A stretch of DNA of 64,000 bases from Oleiphilaceae bacterium. GTDB lineage: Bacteria > Pseudomonadota > Gammaproteobacteria > Pseudomonadales > Oleiphilaceae. The DNA is taken from contig JBLHVH010000001.1 in the NCBI GenBank assembly GCA_047628385.1, positions 8,191 to 72,190 of the forward strand. Reading direction: 5' to 3'. Shown here in pieces: positions 52,494 to 63,856 of the stretch (the first letter of the stretch is position 1; every line of letters starts with the position of its first letter). The translations under genes were made by a program, and so were the position numbers. Under the pieces are notes generated by a model that was given only the letters and a program-made list of their open reading frames with translations, ran no database searches and had not been told where the DNA came from.

Positions 52494-54275
52494 TTACTTT
52501 AAACGCTTTTCTTCCCACATTTGCTCGTAGGCACCCTCTAATCCCTCAATAAACCTCGCACTATCTACCAACGCACTTTCTCGCATCCGTTCACGCAACA
52601 CACCTCTAAGTTTAGCTAACTCACCCAGGTTGGACGTTTTTTCAATCGCAATGTTAATATATTCGCTCTCGCTTTGCGCAATACAATCGTCTAAGCCGAC
52701 TTGAGACAACAAACTCAAACCAACCCGAGACCTATGTGAGCTCCCTGCTAAACTTATAACAGGCACTCCCTGCCATAAAGACTCGCAAATCGTAGTGGTC
52801 CCATTATATGGATAGCTATCCAAATGAATATCTACTTTTGAATACTGCTCAAGGTGAGAAGATATTTCGAACTCCCACCCTTGGAGCAATACACGCTTCC
52901 GATCAACACCCCCTTTTTCAAACTCCCCCCACAACCATTCACACAGTGCTTTTTCACAAAGTGGCTTAGCCTTCAAATAAAGCGTTGAGTGCGGAATCGC
53001 TAATAACAACTTAACCCACATATTTATCGACGTAGGTGTGAGTTTCGCAAAAGCATTAAAAGAACCAAAACAAACACCTTTTGCAGCCTCTTTTAAAGCA
53101 GGTAACTCAGCTACATCGGGCGCATCTAAAGCAGGTGTATAACATAAAAACCCATGAGGCAAACGCTTTAAAGACTCAGTATAAAACGCATCTGTCTGAC
53201 CTTCAGGGTCAGACCAGTTATCCGTAATACGATAATCCATCCGAGACAAACCTGTCGTATTTGGATAACCTAAATACGTCACCTGAACCGGTGCAGCTCT
53301 TCGGGCAAAAACACCCAAACGAGTTGAGCCCGCATAACCCACCAAATCAACCAAAATATCAACCTGATCAGCGACTACTTGTTGATATAACGCTTCATCA
53401 GACATGCCATAACTTTCAAACCAGTGCTCACTTTTACCCTTAAAATATTCAGTTACCGCATCAGGCTCTGCGACATCCGAATAACAAATCAGCTCAAAAT
53501 TTTCTTTAGAGTAAGACTCAACAATTGCTTTAAAAAAATAAGACACTGAATGGGATTTAAAATCAGCGGAAACATAAGCAATTTTTAACCGCTTGGGACG
53601 AGGCACGTCTAAATGAACCCGCGAGTCGTTATTTATGAATTCACGTTCAATCATTTCACCATAAGACCGATGTACGTCAAATATACGCGCATCCGAAATA
53701 CTATCAGCATAGTTATGCGTCATGATGCTCGAAGTAAAAACAGATCTATTATCGCTATTTAACTTCTGGCCTTTTTCATAATAAAAAATTGCTTTTTCAG
53801 GCTGAGCAACAAAAGTATTTAGCTGTCCACAGTAATTTTGATACAAAGCGTTGTTAGGGTCTAGTTCAGCCGCTTTCACCAAATAGGGTTCTGCTGTTAA
53901 ATAATGCCGAGACTCAAACCAAAAATAACCCAAGTAAAAAAAAGCATCTGCCGACTTAGGCTTTAGTTTTATTAATTCACGCGCTGGCGCCACACCCAAT
54001 TTAAGAAATCTATGACGCCAACACAAAATAACCGCACTTTCTACCGCAACAGCATACCGAGGAGATGGCCCCTGACATACCTGATAATACGACCGAACAG
54101 CCGACTCAAACTCACCTAAGTTCTCGTGTAACTGAGCGAGCGCAAACCACACTTCAATATCTTGTGGCAAAGCTTTAGAAAGCTTTAAAGCAACGCCTTT
54201 AGCCTCTGTATATTTTTTTTGCTTGGCTAACTGCATTATTTTTTGTTTAAGCTGAGCCTCTTTATTTTTATCCAT
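52494..54275 (-). CDS. TPR-repeat protein fused to a GT41-like (SPINDLY/O-GlcNAc-transferase family) glycosyltransferase domain
   Basis: The N-terminal ~200 aa are TPR-like. The C-terminal half carries the bacterial OGT-like pattern: IAYVSADFKSHSVSYFF, DILVDLVGYAGSTRLGVFARRAAPVQVTYLGYPNTTG, FGSFNAFAKLTP and LDSYPYNGTTTICESLWQGVPVISLAG. Confidence 0.8.
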   Translation of the reverse strand: MDKNKEAQLKQKIMQLAKQKKYTEAKGVALKLSKALPQDIEVWFALAQLHENLGEFESAVRSYYQVCQGPSPRYAVAVESAVILCWRHRFLKLGVAPARELIKLKPKSADAFFYLGYFWFESRHYLTAEPYLVKAAELDPNNALYQNYCGQLNTFVAQPEKAIFYYEKGQKLNSDNRSVFTSSIMTHNYADSISDARIFDVHRSYGEMIEREFINNDSRVHLDVPRPKRLKIAYVSADFKSHSVSYFFKAIVESYSKENFELICYSDVAEPDAVTEYFKGKSEHWFESYGMSDEALYQQVVADQVDILVDLVGYAGSTRLGVFARRAAPVQVTYLGYPNTTGLSRMDYRITDNWSDPEGQTDAFYTESLKRLPHGFLCYTPALDAPDVAELPALKEAAKGVCFGSFNAFAKLTPTSINMWVKLLLAIPHSTLYLKAKPLCEKALCEWLWGEFEKGGVDRKRVLLQGWEFEISSHLEQYSKVDIHLDSYPYNGTTTICESLWQGVPVISLAGSSHRSRVGLSLLSQVGLDDCIAQSESEYINIAIEKTSNLGELAKLRGVLRERMRESALVDSARFIEGLEGAYEQMWEEKRLK

Positions 54276-54352
54276 AGTCCAACAAGATCTCTTCTATAAG
54301 AATTTGTACGGGTTAAAAAAATCCAACCACACAATACAATTTATATCACCCA

Positions 54353-54383
54353 TAAAAAAGGGCGCACAAAAAATTGCACACCC
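54353..54383 (-). terminator. dapB terminator
   Basis: The minus-strand RNA gggtgtgc-aatttttt-gtgcgccc (with G-U pairs, so strand-specific) is followed by tttttt, about 30 nt after the dapB stop codon. Confidence 0.6.
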
Positions 54384-54411
54384 AGCATTCAAACAATTAT
54401 TACAAACAATT

Positions 54412-55227
<816 letters not shown>

Positions 55228-55315
55228 TCATTCACTAACGTTAACGTAATATATACGCAACAACTAAAAAAATAGAGCCCAAATCCGCGCCCTTGCAATC
55301 AATGCACTCTAGCAA

Positions 55316-56461
55316 CTAAAGCTTCATATCATCAAAAAAGCTTTTAACACCCTCAAACCAAGAATGCTGCTTAGGGCCATGTTTTTTATCGCCACTGCCA
55401 CCTAAGGTATCTTGGAAAGACCGCAATATATCTTTTTGCTTCTTCGACAAATTGACAGGCGTTTCAACAATCACACGACACATCAAATCACCTGCAGCAC
55501 CGCCTCTTACTGGCGCAACACCTTTACCACGTAAACGGAACATTTTACCCGTCTGAGTTTCTTGAGGTATTTTAAGATTAACGCGACCATCTAATGTTGG
55601 CACCTCTAACTCACCACCTAACGCGGCATCAACAAGCGAAATAGGCACATCACAGTACAAACTTTTACCATCACGCACAAAAATAGGATGCTCTTTTACC
55701 GATACCTGTACATATAAGTCACCAGAAGGACCACCCTGAGCCCCCACCTCACCTTCGCCTGCTAGACGAATACGATCACCCGTATCCACACCCGGCGGCA
55801 CTTTAACCGACAAGGTCTTTTGTTCTTCAAGAACACCTACGCCATGACAAGACTTACAAGGGTTTTTGATTGTTTTACCTTGGCCACGACAATGAGGACA
55901 CGTTTGCTGAACAGAGAAGAAACCCTGTTGCATTCGTACCTGTCCCGCACCTTGGCATGTGCCACATGTTTCAGGCCTAGAGCCTTTTTCAGCACCCGAG
56001 CCACTACATGGTTTACATTTAACATGAGAAGGCACTTTAATTTTAACCGTTGTACCTTTTACCGCGCTTTCAAGATCCAAGTCGAGCGTATATCTTAAAT
56101 CAGCACCACGTGTACTTCGGCTTCGACCACCGCCACCACCTGCTCCACCGCCACCAAAGATATCGCCAAAAACATCACCAAAGATATCACTAAAGCCAGC
56201 TCCACCACTATATCCGGCACCACCACCACCTTGCTGATCAACACCCGCATGGCCATATTGATCATAAGCGGCGCGCTTTTGAGAGTCTGAAAGAACCTCA
56301 TAAGCTTCCGTTGCTTCTTTAAATTTATCTTCTGCAGCACTATCGTCAGGGTTACGATCAGGATGATGCTTCATCGCCATTCGTCGATAAGCTTTCTTAA
56401 CTTCTTTATCATCTGCGCTTTTCGCTACACCCAGAACTTCGTAAAAATCTCGTTTTGACAT
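55316..56461 (-). CDS. dnaJ: Chaperone DnaJ
   Basis: J-domain ([12 protein letters not shown]...HPDRN), G/F-rich region and four CxxCxGxG zinc-finger repeats. The start is at 56461; the ORF track gives 56470. Confidence 0.97.
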   Translation of the reverse strand: MSKRDFYEVLGVAKSADDKEVKKAYRRMAMKHHPDRNPDDSAAEDKFKEATEAYEVLSDSQKRAAYDQYGHAGVDQQGGGGAGYSGGAGFSDIFGDVFGDIFGGGGAGGGGGRSRSTRGADLRYTLDLDLESAVKGTTVKIKVPSHVKCKPCSGSGAEKGSRPETCGTCQGAGQVRMQQGFFSVQQTCPHCRGQGKTIKNPCKSCHGVGVLEEQKTLSVKVPPGVDTGDRIRLAGEGEVGAQGGPSGDLYVQVSVKEHPIFVRDGKSLYCDVPISLVDAALGGELEVPTLDGRVNLKIPQETQTGKMFRLRGKGVAPVRGGAAGDLMCRVIVETPVNLSKKQKDILRSFQDTLGGSGDKKHGPKQHSWFEGVKSFFDDMKL

Positions 56462-56568
56462 AACACTCATTTAACCGTGGTTTCTATCTTTACAGACAAG
56501 TGACTTAAAAAGTGCGCTTACAATTAAAACACACGTAGTGATCACACTTAAAAACAACAAATACACAA

Positions 56569-56592
56569 ACGCGGAAGACAAAGCTTCCGCGT
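56569..56592 (-). terminator. Stem-loop between dnaK and dnaJ (partial terminator or processing site)
   Basis: The minus strand reads acgcggaag-ctttgt-cttccgcgt (9-bp perfect stem) followed by a T-rich tract. Confidence 0.55.
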
Positions 56593-56630
56593 AGTTTTTA
56601 CCTAAAACAATACTTAAAAGTAGTTAAAAA

Positions 56631-58568
56631 CTACTTTTTCTCATCGTCTTTAACTTCTTCAAACTCAGCATCTACAATGTCGTCAGCACCGGCTTCTTGC
56701 GTTGCTTCAGTTTCTGCAGCGCCTTCTGCGCCTTCGGCACCGGCAGCCGCTTGCTCAGCATACATTTTCTGAGCTAAACCAGAAGATGCTTCCGTTAATG
56801 CTTGAGTTTTAGCTTCAATCGCTTCTTTATCATCACCTTTAAGCGCTTCTTCCAATTCAGAAATTGCAGCTTCAATCGCTGTTTTTTCTTCTTCAGTCGC
56901 TTTATCACCGGCTTCAGCTAATGTTTTCTTCGTGGCATGAACAATCGCATCACCTTGGTTACGAACGGTCACTAACTCTTCAAAGTTACGATCCGCCTCA
57001 GCATTCGCTTCAGCATCATTTACCATTTTTTCTACTTCTTCATCAGACAAACCTGAAGAAGCTTTAATCACGATAGACTGCTCTTTACCTGTCGCTTTAT
57101 CTTTAGCATGCACATTTAGAATACCGTTTGCATCGATATCGAAGGTTACTTCGATTTGAGGCATTCCACGTGGTCCTGCAGGAATATCCGCTAGGTCAAA
57201 ACGACCCAGTGATTTGTTTTGAGATGCCTGCTTACGTTCACCCTGAACAACATGAATTGTTACAGCCGCTTGGTTATCTTCTGCTGTTGAGAATGTTTGA
57301 GACTTTTTACTTGGAATAGTTGTATTCTTTTCGATCAATGCCGTCGCAACGCCACCCATTGTTTCGATACCAAGTGTTAATGGCGTTACATCAAGTAGTA
57401 AAACATCCGTTACATCACCCGCTAATACAGATGCCTGAATTGCCGCGCCCACTGCAACCGCTTCATCAGGGTTTACATCTTTACGTGGCTCTTGACCGAA
57501 AAACTCTTGTACTTTTTGCTGTACTAGAGGCATACGTGACTGACCACCAACCAAAATAACATCGTCAATTTCAGAGGCATTCAGACCAGCATCATTCAAA
57601 GCCATCTTACAAGGTGCTAATGTACGCTCAACCAACTCTTCAACTAATGACTCAAGCTTAGCACGCGTCATTTTAACGTTTAAGTGCTTAGGCCCTGTTT
57701 GATCAGCCGTAATATAAGGCAGATTCACATCTGTCTGTTGTGCACTTGAAAGCTCAACTTTCGCTTTTTCAGCCGCTTCTTTCAAACGCTGCATTGCAAG
57801 TGGATCACCTTTAAGATCCATGCCTGAGTCTTTCTTAAACTGTTCCGCAAGATAGTCGATTAACGTCATATCGAAATCTTCACCACCAAGGAATGTATCA
57901 CCATTGGTTGCTAATACTTCAAATTGTTTTTCACCGTCAACATCTGCAATTTCAATAATTGAGATATCGAATGTACCACCACCCAAGTCATAAACCGCAA
58001 TCGTTGAATCGCCTTTGCTCTTATCTAAACCAAATGCTAATGCCGCAGCGGTAGGCTCATTGATAATACGCTTAACTTCTAAGCCGGCAATTTTACCGGC
58101 ATCCTTAGTCGCTTGACGCTGTGAGTCATTAAAGTAAGCAGGAACCGTGATAACTGCTTCAGTAATACTTTCACCTAAATAGTCTTCGGCTGTTTTCTTC
58201 ATCTTCTTAAGGATTTCAGCAGAAATCTGTGGTGGCGCTTTTTTGTCGCCTTTTATATCTATCCACGCATCACCGTTGTCCGCTTTAGCAATTGCATATG
58301 GCACCATGCTAATGTCTTTCTGAACAACATCATCTTCAAAACGACGACCAATTAAACGCTTAATCGCAAACAAGGTATTTGTAGGATTCGTGACCGCTTG
58401 ACGTTTAGCTGGCTGACCAACTAATACTTCGTTGTCATCTGTGTAAGCAACAATTGAAGGCGTAGTACGATCGCCTTCCGCATTTTCAATCACTTTAGGC
58501 TTACCGTCGTCATATATTGCAACACACGAGTTTGTTGTACCTAAATCTATACCGATAATTTTGCTCAT
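56631..58568 (-). CDS. dnaK: Chaperone DnaK (Hsp70)
   Basis: [25 protein letters not shown] and [11 protein letters not shown]. Confidence 0.98.
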   Translation of the reverse strand: MSKIIGIDLGTTNSCVAIYDDGKPKVIENAEGDRTTPSIVAYTDDNEVLVGQPAKRQAVTNPTNTLFAIKRLIGRRFEDDVVQKDISMVPYAIAKADNGDAWIDIKGDKKAPPQISAEILKKMKKTAEDYLGESITEAVITVPAYFNDSQRQATKDAGKIAGLEVKRIINEPTAAALAFGLDKSKGDSTIAVYDLGGGTFDISIIEIADVDGEKQFEVLATNGDTFLGGEDFDMTLIDYLAEQFKKDSGMDLKGDPLAMQRLKEAAEKAKVELSSAQQTDVNLPYITADQTGPKHLNVKMTRAKLESLVEELVERTLAPCKMALNDAGLNASEIDDVILVGGQSRMPLVQQKVQEFFGQEPRKDVNPDEAVAVGAAIQASVLAGDVTDVLLLDVTPLTLGIETMGGVATALIEKNTTIPSKKSQTFSTAEDNQAAVTIHVVQGERKQASQNKSLGRFDLADIPAGPRGMPQIEVTFDIDANGILNVHAKDKATGKEQSIVIKASSGLSDEEVEKMVNDAEANAEADRNFEELVTVRNQGDAIVHATKKTLAEAGDKATEEEKTAIEAAISELEEALKGDDKEAIEAKTQALTEASSGLAQKMYAEQAAAGAEGAEGAAETEATQEAGADDIVDAEFEEVKDDEKK

Positions 58569-58694
58569 CATTCGCTCCCACGTTTAATCTAATTTACTTA
58601 TTGACCCGTCATTTGTTTCAACTAATTTTGAACATCGACTAATCAAATTTATAATTTTTAACTTGTTTTATATTTAAGGCCGAAAATTTATTTT

Positions 58695-59315
58695 TCAAGC
58701 CTGCTCATCAACTTTTGACGCACCTTTTGATACGACCACCATTGCTGGGCGAATTAATCGACCACTCAATGTATAGCCTTTTTGCATTGCCGCAATTACT
58801 GTATTTGGTTCCGCGTCAGGCGCTTCAACCATCGTCATTGCTTCATGAAGGGCTGGGTCAAAAGGATGGCCTACCGGATCAATTTGTTCCAGTTTGAATT
58901 TCTTAACACCCGAAAGAAACATCGATAAGGTCATCTCGACACCCTCTCTCAGGGTTGTCATTTCATTACCCGACGCGACTTCCGCTTCAACGGCTTTTTC
59001 CAAACCATCAACAATTGGCAAAAGTTCTTTCGCAAACTTTTCAAGCGCAAATTTGTGCGCCTTTTCAACATCTTGTTCAGCACGACGACGAATATTTTGC
59101 GCATCTGCTTGCGCCCGAATCGTCTGATCTTTTAAGCCTTCAATTTGCTGCGCTAACGCTTCGGCTTCGGCTTTCCAATCTTTCTGATCAACAGTTTCAT
59201 CAACATCAGAAATCACTTCAGCTTCCAACACGCCCTCTTCTATATTCTGTTCCGCAGAATTAACACCATTTAGTTCTGCTTCGTCACCCTTCAACTTCTC
59301 ATCTTCAACGCTCAC
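58695..59315 (-). CDS. grpE: Nucleotide exchange factor GrpE
   Basis: GrpE core (RAQADAQNIRRRAEQDVEKAHKFALEKFAKELLPIVD...GHPFDPALHEAM). The GTG at 59315 follows GGAGG by 5 nt and is my preferred start. The ORF track extends to a TTG at 59351, and an ATG at 59327 is an alternative. Confidence 0.9.
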   Translation of the reverse strand: MSVEDEKLKGDEAELNGVNSAEQNIEEGVLEAEVISDVDETVDQKDWKAEAEALAQQIEGLKDQTIRAQADAQNIRRRAEQDVEKAHKFALEKFAKELLPIVDGLEKAVEAEVASGNEMTTLREGVEMTLSMFLSGVKKFKLEQIDPVGHPFDPALHEAMTMVEAPDAEPNTVIAAMQKGYTLSGRLIRPAMVVVSKGASKVDEQA

Positions 59316-59390
59316 GTGCGCCTCCATAAAATCACAAATATAATTTACCAATCACACGATTTGGCGTGTAATAAAATCTTGTTGCTGCTT

Positions 59391-59418
59391 ATATGGGGTT
59401 ACTCAAAAAAACTTCAAG
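59391..59418 (-). promoter_or_regulatory. Sigma32 (heat-shock) promoter of grpE-dnaK-dnaJ
   Basis: The minus strand reads CTTGAAG-13 nt-CCCCATAT. Confidence 0.75.
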
Positions 59419-59446
59419 CATTAAATAAAATTCTTACAACTTTACT

Positions 59447-59466
59447 TACTGTGTATAAATACAGTA
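59447..59466 (+). promoter_or_regulatory. LexA (SOS) box upstream of recN
   Basis: TACTGTgtataaatACAGTA matches the consensus TACTGT-N8-ACAGTA, about 40 nt upstream of the recN ATG. Confidence 0.85.
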
Positions 59467-59507
59467 GAGTGATATTTAGTTATCATTTATAAGAGCTTAA
59501 ATAAAAT

Positions 59508-61172
59508 ATGCTTAGCCAACTAAAAGTCACTAATTTCGCCATCGCAGACCATATTGAAGTGCTATTTGAACAAGGCATGACCGTTCTAAGCGGTGAAACT
59601 GGCGCAGGCAAGTCAATTATATTAGACGCTCTCGGGTTAGCTCTAGGTGACCGAGCAGACACCTCCATGGTAAGGCATGGCGAAAAAAAGGCCGAAATTT
59701 CAGCCTCCTTTGAATTAGAAAAACACCCTAAGGCCGTCAAATGGCTACAAGATCACGACCTTGATGACGAATTACAATGCATTATTCGTCGTGTTATTAC
59801 CGCAGAAGGCAGATCTCGCAGCTATATCAACGGGCACCCTTGCCCCTTACAAAACCTCAAGTCGATTGGCGAGCTTTTAATTGATATTCATAGCCAGCAC
59901 GAACACCAATCGTTACTCCAAAAAGAAAAGCATCGAATTATTCTAGACGACTTTGGAAAACTACAAACGCAATCCAAAAAAGTCATCAGCCTCTATAACG
60001 ACTGGACTCACGTTGCGCAAAAACTCGCTCAATTAGAAAGCAACCAAGACGAGTCAAATGCTCGAATACAACTCTTAACCTTCCAAGTCGATGAATTTGA
60101 TAAGTTAAGCCTTCAAGAAAACGAAATCAAAAATCTCGAGCAAGAACAATCAAGCCTCGCCAATGCCGAGCTATTACTCGGCAAAGCACATGAAGCATTG
60201 AGCTTATGTTCTGATAGCGACACGAATGCAACCACGATAATAAGTTCAGCGACACTCGCCTTACAAAATCTTCCAAGCAGCAACCAAGCACTCACCGAAG
60301 CCTTTACAATGCTGAGCGAAGCTCAAATTCAAATTGAAGAGGCGAGCAATAACTTACGGCATTTCACCGAATCTTTTGAGTTAGACCCTGAACGACTGCA
60401 ATATATCGAAGAGCGATTAAGTGCAATTTACCAACTTGCCCGCAAGCATCGCTGCCAACCAGAAGAATTATTAAGCGTCTACCATAAACTCACTACTGAA
60501 ATGGCCGCATTCAATAATGGTGACCAGAACTTAGAACAACTAGAAAAAGACGTACAACAAACTAAACAGCAATTTATAGAGGCCGCCAAAAAACAACGTC
60601 ACGTTAGAATAAAACACGCCTCAAAATTAGAAAAAAGCATTTGTGAGCAACTCGCGCTAATGGACATGAAGTCCGTCAAATTTAGTATCGAAATAAAACC
60701 GCTCGAAAATCTTAATTTTAATCAGCATGGCTTAGATAGTATTGAGTTTTTAGTGAGCACAAACCCAGGGCAACCCCCTAAAGCCATTAGTAAGGTGGCA
60801 TCAGGCGGTGAGCTTTCGCGCATCAGCTTAGCGATTCAAGTGATTATTGCTAAAAACTCAACCATCCCCACACTTGTGTTTGATGAAGTCGATGTCGGCA
60901 TAGGCGGAGGCACCGCACAAATTGTTGGGCGACTATTAAAATCATTAGGCAAAAATGGACAAATAATCTGTGTCACACATTTACCTCAAGTTGCATCACA
61001 AGGTGATAACCACTTTTTTATTAGCAAGCGAACCGAAAAAGGTCAGGTAAAGTCATCAATAGACTTACTAGCACCAAAGCAAAGAACAGACGAAATTGCA
61101 AGAATGCTTGGCGGCGTGACGATCACAACTCAAACTCTCGCACACGCCCAAGAAATGCTAGAAACCGTATAA
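59508..61172 (+). CDS. recN: DNA repair protein RecN
   Basis: 554 aa. Walker A GETGAGKS, long coiled coil, SMC signature ASGGELSR and Walker B LVFDEVD. Confidence 0.96.
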   Translation: MLSQLKVTNFAIADHIEVLFEQGMTVLSGETGAGKSIILDALGLALGDRADTSMVRHGEKKAEISASFELEKHPKAVKWLQDHDLDDELQCIIRRVITAEGRSRSYINGHPCPLQNLKSIGELLIDIHSQHEHQSLLQKEKHRIILDDFGKLQTQSKKVISLYNDWTHVAQKLAQLESNQDESNARIQLLTFQVDEFDKLSLQENEIKNLEQEQSSLANAELLLGKAHEALSLCSDSDTNATTIISSATLALQNLPSSNQALTEAFTMLSEAQIQIEEASNNLRHFTESFELDPERLQYIEERLSAIYQLARKHRCQPEELLSVYHKLTTEMAAFNNGDQNLEQLEKDVQQTKQQFIEAAKKQRHVRIKHASKLEKSICEQLALMDMKSVKFSIEIKPLENLNFNQHGLDSIEFLVSTNPGQPPKAISKVASGGELSRISLAIQVIIAKNSTIPTLVFDEVDVGIGGGTAQIVGRLLKSLGKNGQIICVTHLPQVASQGDNHFFISKRTEKGQVKSSIDLLAPKQRTDEIARMLGGVTITTQTLAHAQEMLETV

Positions 61173-61173
61173 G

Positions 61174-61581
61174 TTATTTTTTCAAAGGCCTAACGTAAAG
61201 CGTTAGGCTATGGTCAACTAATTCAAAACCATGCGCCGCAGCGATTTCTTTCTGCCTTTCTTCAATTATCTCATCAAAAAATTCAACAACCTTACCACTA
61301 TCAACATCCACCATATGGTCATGATGCTCGTCTTTTGCCAATTCAAATACAGCATGCCCACCTTCAAAATTGTGACGCAACACTAAACCTGCTGTTTCAA
61401 ACTGGGTTAACACCCGATATACCGTCGCTAAACCTACATCATCACCGGTTTCAAGTAGTGATTTATATACATCTTCCGCACTCATATGCTGCTCTTCAGC
61501 ATTTTCGAGCAACTTTAATACTTTAATTCTAGGCAGCGTAACTTTTAGGCCCGCTTTTTTTAAATCTATATTTTCTGACAT
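61174..61581 (-). CDS. fur: Ferric uptake regulator
   Basis: 135 aa. LKKAGLKVTLPRIKVLKLLE...HMSAEDVYKSL...ATVYRVLTQFETAGLV...HHDHMVD. Confidence 0.95.
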   Translation of the reverse strand: MSENIDLKKAGLKVTLPRIKVLKLLENAEEQHMSAEDVYKSLLETGDDVGLATVYRVLTQFETAGLVLRHNFEGGHAVFELAKDEHHDHMVDVDSGKVVEFFDEIIEERQKEIAAAHGFELVDHSLTLYVRPLKK

Positions 61582-61717
61582 AACTTATTTGTAATCCTAT
61601 TAACAGCTCAAGCTCGATTCAGGTATCATGCTCGCCTGTATTAAATTTAAATTCGCTTATACCTGAATATTTATCCAAGTTGGCGATTCAAACAAAGATA
61701 GTGGAATTCATAAATAG

Positions 61718-62053
61718 ATGCAAAAGAACCTTATTTTTCTTACCTTTGCCTTCGTGTTGTTATTACAAGCCTGTTCATTTCCAGGCGTGTTTAAAATAAA
61801 CGTGCAACAAGGCAATATTATTACCCAAGATATGCTTGATACATTAAAGCCTGGCATGACCAAAAAACAGGTTTATTTTGTTTTAGGCAAACCCGTTATT
61901 GATAACGTATTCAACACCGATCTTGAAAATTATGTTTACACCTACCAAAGAGCTGGCGGTGAAATTCAACATCAAATCATCAAGATTCATTATAAAGCCG
62001 ACATTTACCAAAGCCATGAAGGCACACTTTTAGAAAATAACTTTGCCTATTAG
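61718..62053 (+). CDS. bamE: Outer membrane protein assembly factor BamE (SmpA/OmlA lipoprotein)
   Basis: Lipobox LLLQAC, followed by INVQQGNIITQDMLDTLKPGMTKKQVYFVLGKP. Confidence 0.88.
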   Translation: MQKNLIFLTFAFVLLLQACSFPGVFKINVQQGNIITQDMLDTLKPGMTKKQVYFVLGKPVIDNVFNTDLENYVYTYQRAGGEIQHQIIKIHYKADIYQSHEGTLLENNFAY

Positions 62054-62059
62054 CAACAA

Positions 62060-62347
62060 TTATTTCTTAGCGGCTCGATTTAAACGAGCCTGCTTAGGAT
62101 CGATTAATAGCGGCCGATAAATTTCAACTCGATCCCCGGCCCTTAAACTCTGGTCTTTAGGTTTCTTAACCGTTTTACCAAAAATCCCCATATCTGCCGA
62201 ACCAAAATCGATCTCAGGATATATTTTATCAATACCCGACTGCACAGCCGCATCAAATACCGAGGTACCCTCCGCCACGCTTATCTTAAGAATACTTTGC
62301 TTATCTGGCGCAGCGAATGCCACTTCAGCCTCTATTTTATTACCCAT
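62060..62347 (-). CDS. rnfH: RnfH/YfjF family ubiquitin-like small protein (UPF0125)
   Basis: 95 aa. GIFGKTVKKPKDQSLRAGDRVEIYRPL is typical of RnfH. It overlaps the ratA stop codon. Confidence 0.85.
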   Translation of the reverse strand: MGNKIEAEVAFAAPDKQSILKISVAEGTSVFDAAVQSGIDKIYPEIDFGSADMGIFGKTVKKPKDQSLRAGDRVEIYRPLLIDPKQARLNRAAKK

Positions 62348-62774
62348 AAACTTGATCAGCCCTTACACAAAAAGCATCAACCATTGAATTCGCCGCCTGA
62401 TTAAAAATCGCACCGAACGCCATCTTGGTAATGTTTCGTTTCATTTCAAATTCTAAATTCAATGCCACTTTACAAGCGTTATCTTGCAAAATGGTAAAAT
62501 CCCACACGCCTTTAAGGTGACTAAATGGCCCTTCTACCAAGCTCATCAAAATTCGCCCATCGGCACTCAATTCATTTCTTGTGGTAAACGACTGCGTTAT
62601 TCGCCCTTTACTCACCTCCAAACTTGCCAGCATAAACCCCGCCTCCTTTTCAAGCACTAGGGCTTTAGAACACCAAGGCAAAAACTCAGGGTAAGAGGCA
62701 ATATCATTTACTAAAGCGTGCATACGCTCACTTGAATGCATTACAAGTGCACTCCGATTAATACTTAAGGTCAT
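62340..62774 (-). CDS. ratA: SRPBCC-fold protein of the RatA/YfjG family (ribosome-association toxin / CoQ-binding type)
   Basis: 144 aa. Y(P)EFLPWC motif ([11 protein letters not shown]). Conserved position next to smpB. Confidence 0.85.
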   Translation of the reverse strand: MTLSINRSALVMHSSERMHALVNDIASYPEFLPWCSKALVLEKEAGFMLASLEVSKGRITQSFTTRNELSADGRILMSLVEGPFSHLKGVWDFTILQDNACKVALNLEFEMKRNITKMAFGAIFNQAANSMVDAFCVRADQVYG

Positions 62775-62916
62775 TAAAAACCAGTTCCCTATTTACAAGA
62801 CAAACCATTGTACTATTCACACACGTTTTCTCATAGCCACAAAAAAGCCAAAGCACACGATAAAAACTTGGTGTAGAATAAAGCTATTATTTATAACTTT
62901 ATGCAAATACTCAAAC

Positions 62917-63396
62917 ATGGCCAATAAAAAACCTAAAGCACCGAGCAGCACGATCGCTAAAAACAAAAAAGCGCGTCACGACTACCACATTGAAGACAAG
63001 TTCGAAGCCGGACTTGTGCTCGCTGGCTGGGAAGTCAAAAGCTTGCGCGCAGGAAAAGTGCAACTGACAGAATCGTATATTTTTGCAAAAGGTGGTGAGA
63101 TCTGGATATCAAACATGCATATTACCCCTTTAACATCGGCCTGCACACATGTTATCGCCGACCCGCTTCGCATACGGAAGCTACTCTTAAACAAAAAAGA
63201 AATTGCAAAGATCAATGCAAAGCTATACCAAACAGGTCAAACCTGTGTCGCACTCGCCATGTACTGGAAAGACAACAAAATCAAACTAGAAATGGCGCTA
63301 GCAACCGGTAAAAAAGATTACGACAAACGCGCCGCCGCCAAAGACCAAGATTGGAATCGCCAAAAACAACGAATTGTTCGTGATCACGTAAGATAG
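62917..63396 (+). CDS. smpB: SsrA-binding protein SmpB
   Basis: 159 aa. [35 protein letters not shown]...[10 protein letters not shown]. Confidence 0.97.
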   Translation: MANKKPKAPSSTIAKNKKARHDYHIEDKFEAGLVLAGWEVKSLRAGKVQLTESYIFAKGGEIWISNMHITPLTSACTHVIADPLRIRKLLLNKKEIAKINAKLYQTGQTCVALAMYWKDNKIKLEMALATGKKDYDKRAAAKDQDWNRQKQRIVRDHVR

Positions 63397-63450
63397 GCTT
63401 GTATTCCAAGCACTTGCCCCTATATACTTACCTAACATCTTATAGTTTTC

Positions 63451-63805
63451 GGGGACGCCCTGGCTTCGACGCCGGTGACGAAACCAAAGGTGCATGCCGA
63501 GTGTATAGTGGCACTCGTACTCCAATCGCTATAAAACTTTAGTTGCAAACGACGAAAGTTACTCTCTAGCAGCATAAACCCTGTTAGCTCTCCAGCCAAG
63601 GTGCTTGTACCGCGGTCAGTAGAGTCATTGATAATAAGCTAGCCTTTTTAATTGCTCTAATTAAAATCGCGAAAACTCCAAGAGATCGCCTTTTACACCC
63701 TGACCTTTGGGTCGTTTTAGGTTAAACCAATTAAAGGACCCTAAGCATGTAGAGCCGATGGCAGAGTGCTGGCGGACGCGGGTTCGATTCCCGCCGTCTC
63801 CACCA
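63451..63805 (+). ncRNA. ssrA: tmRNA (SsrA), tag peptide ANDESYSLAA
   Basis: 5' end ggggacgccctggcttcgacg...ggtgcatgccgag and tRNA-like 3' end ggcggacgcgggttcgattcccgccgtctccacca. The tag reading frame gca aac gac gaa agt tac tct cta gca gca taa lies at 63545-63577. Confidence 0.95.
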
Positions 63806-63812
63806 TTTTAAG

Positions 63813-63847
63813 AACCCTAACTGATTGATTCAGTTAGGGTTTTTTCT
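63813..63847 (+). terminator. ssrA rho-independent terminator
   Basis: aaccctaactga-ttga-tcagttagggtt (12-bp stem) followed by ttttt. Confidence 0.85.
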
Positions 63848-63856
63848 TATCCGGCT

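Noticed and set aside
56864-57559. Plus-strand ORFs of 63-79 aa antisense to dnaK. Similar antisense or alternate-frame ORFs occur inside carB, pnp, infB, nusA, ftsH, glmM, folP, dapB, dnaJ, grpE, gspD and groEL.
   Set aside because: These are shadow ORFs inside well-supported, highly conserved genes. They have odd composition and no ribosome-binding sites. They are an expected by-product of long ORFs on the other strand.
59483-59740. An 85-aa minus-strand ORF overlapping the recN 5' end and the LexA box.
   Set aside because: It is antisense to the conserved RecN Walker A region and would start inside recN. The grpE sigma32 promoter and the recN SOS box account for the intergenic region.
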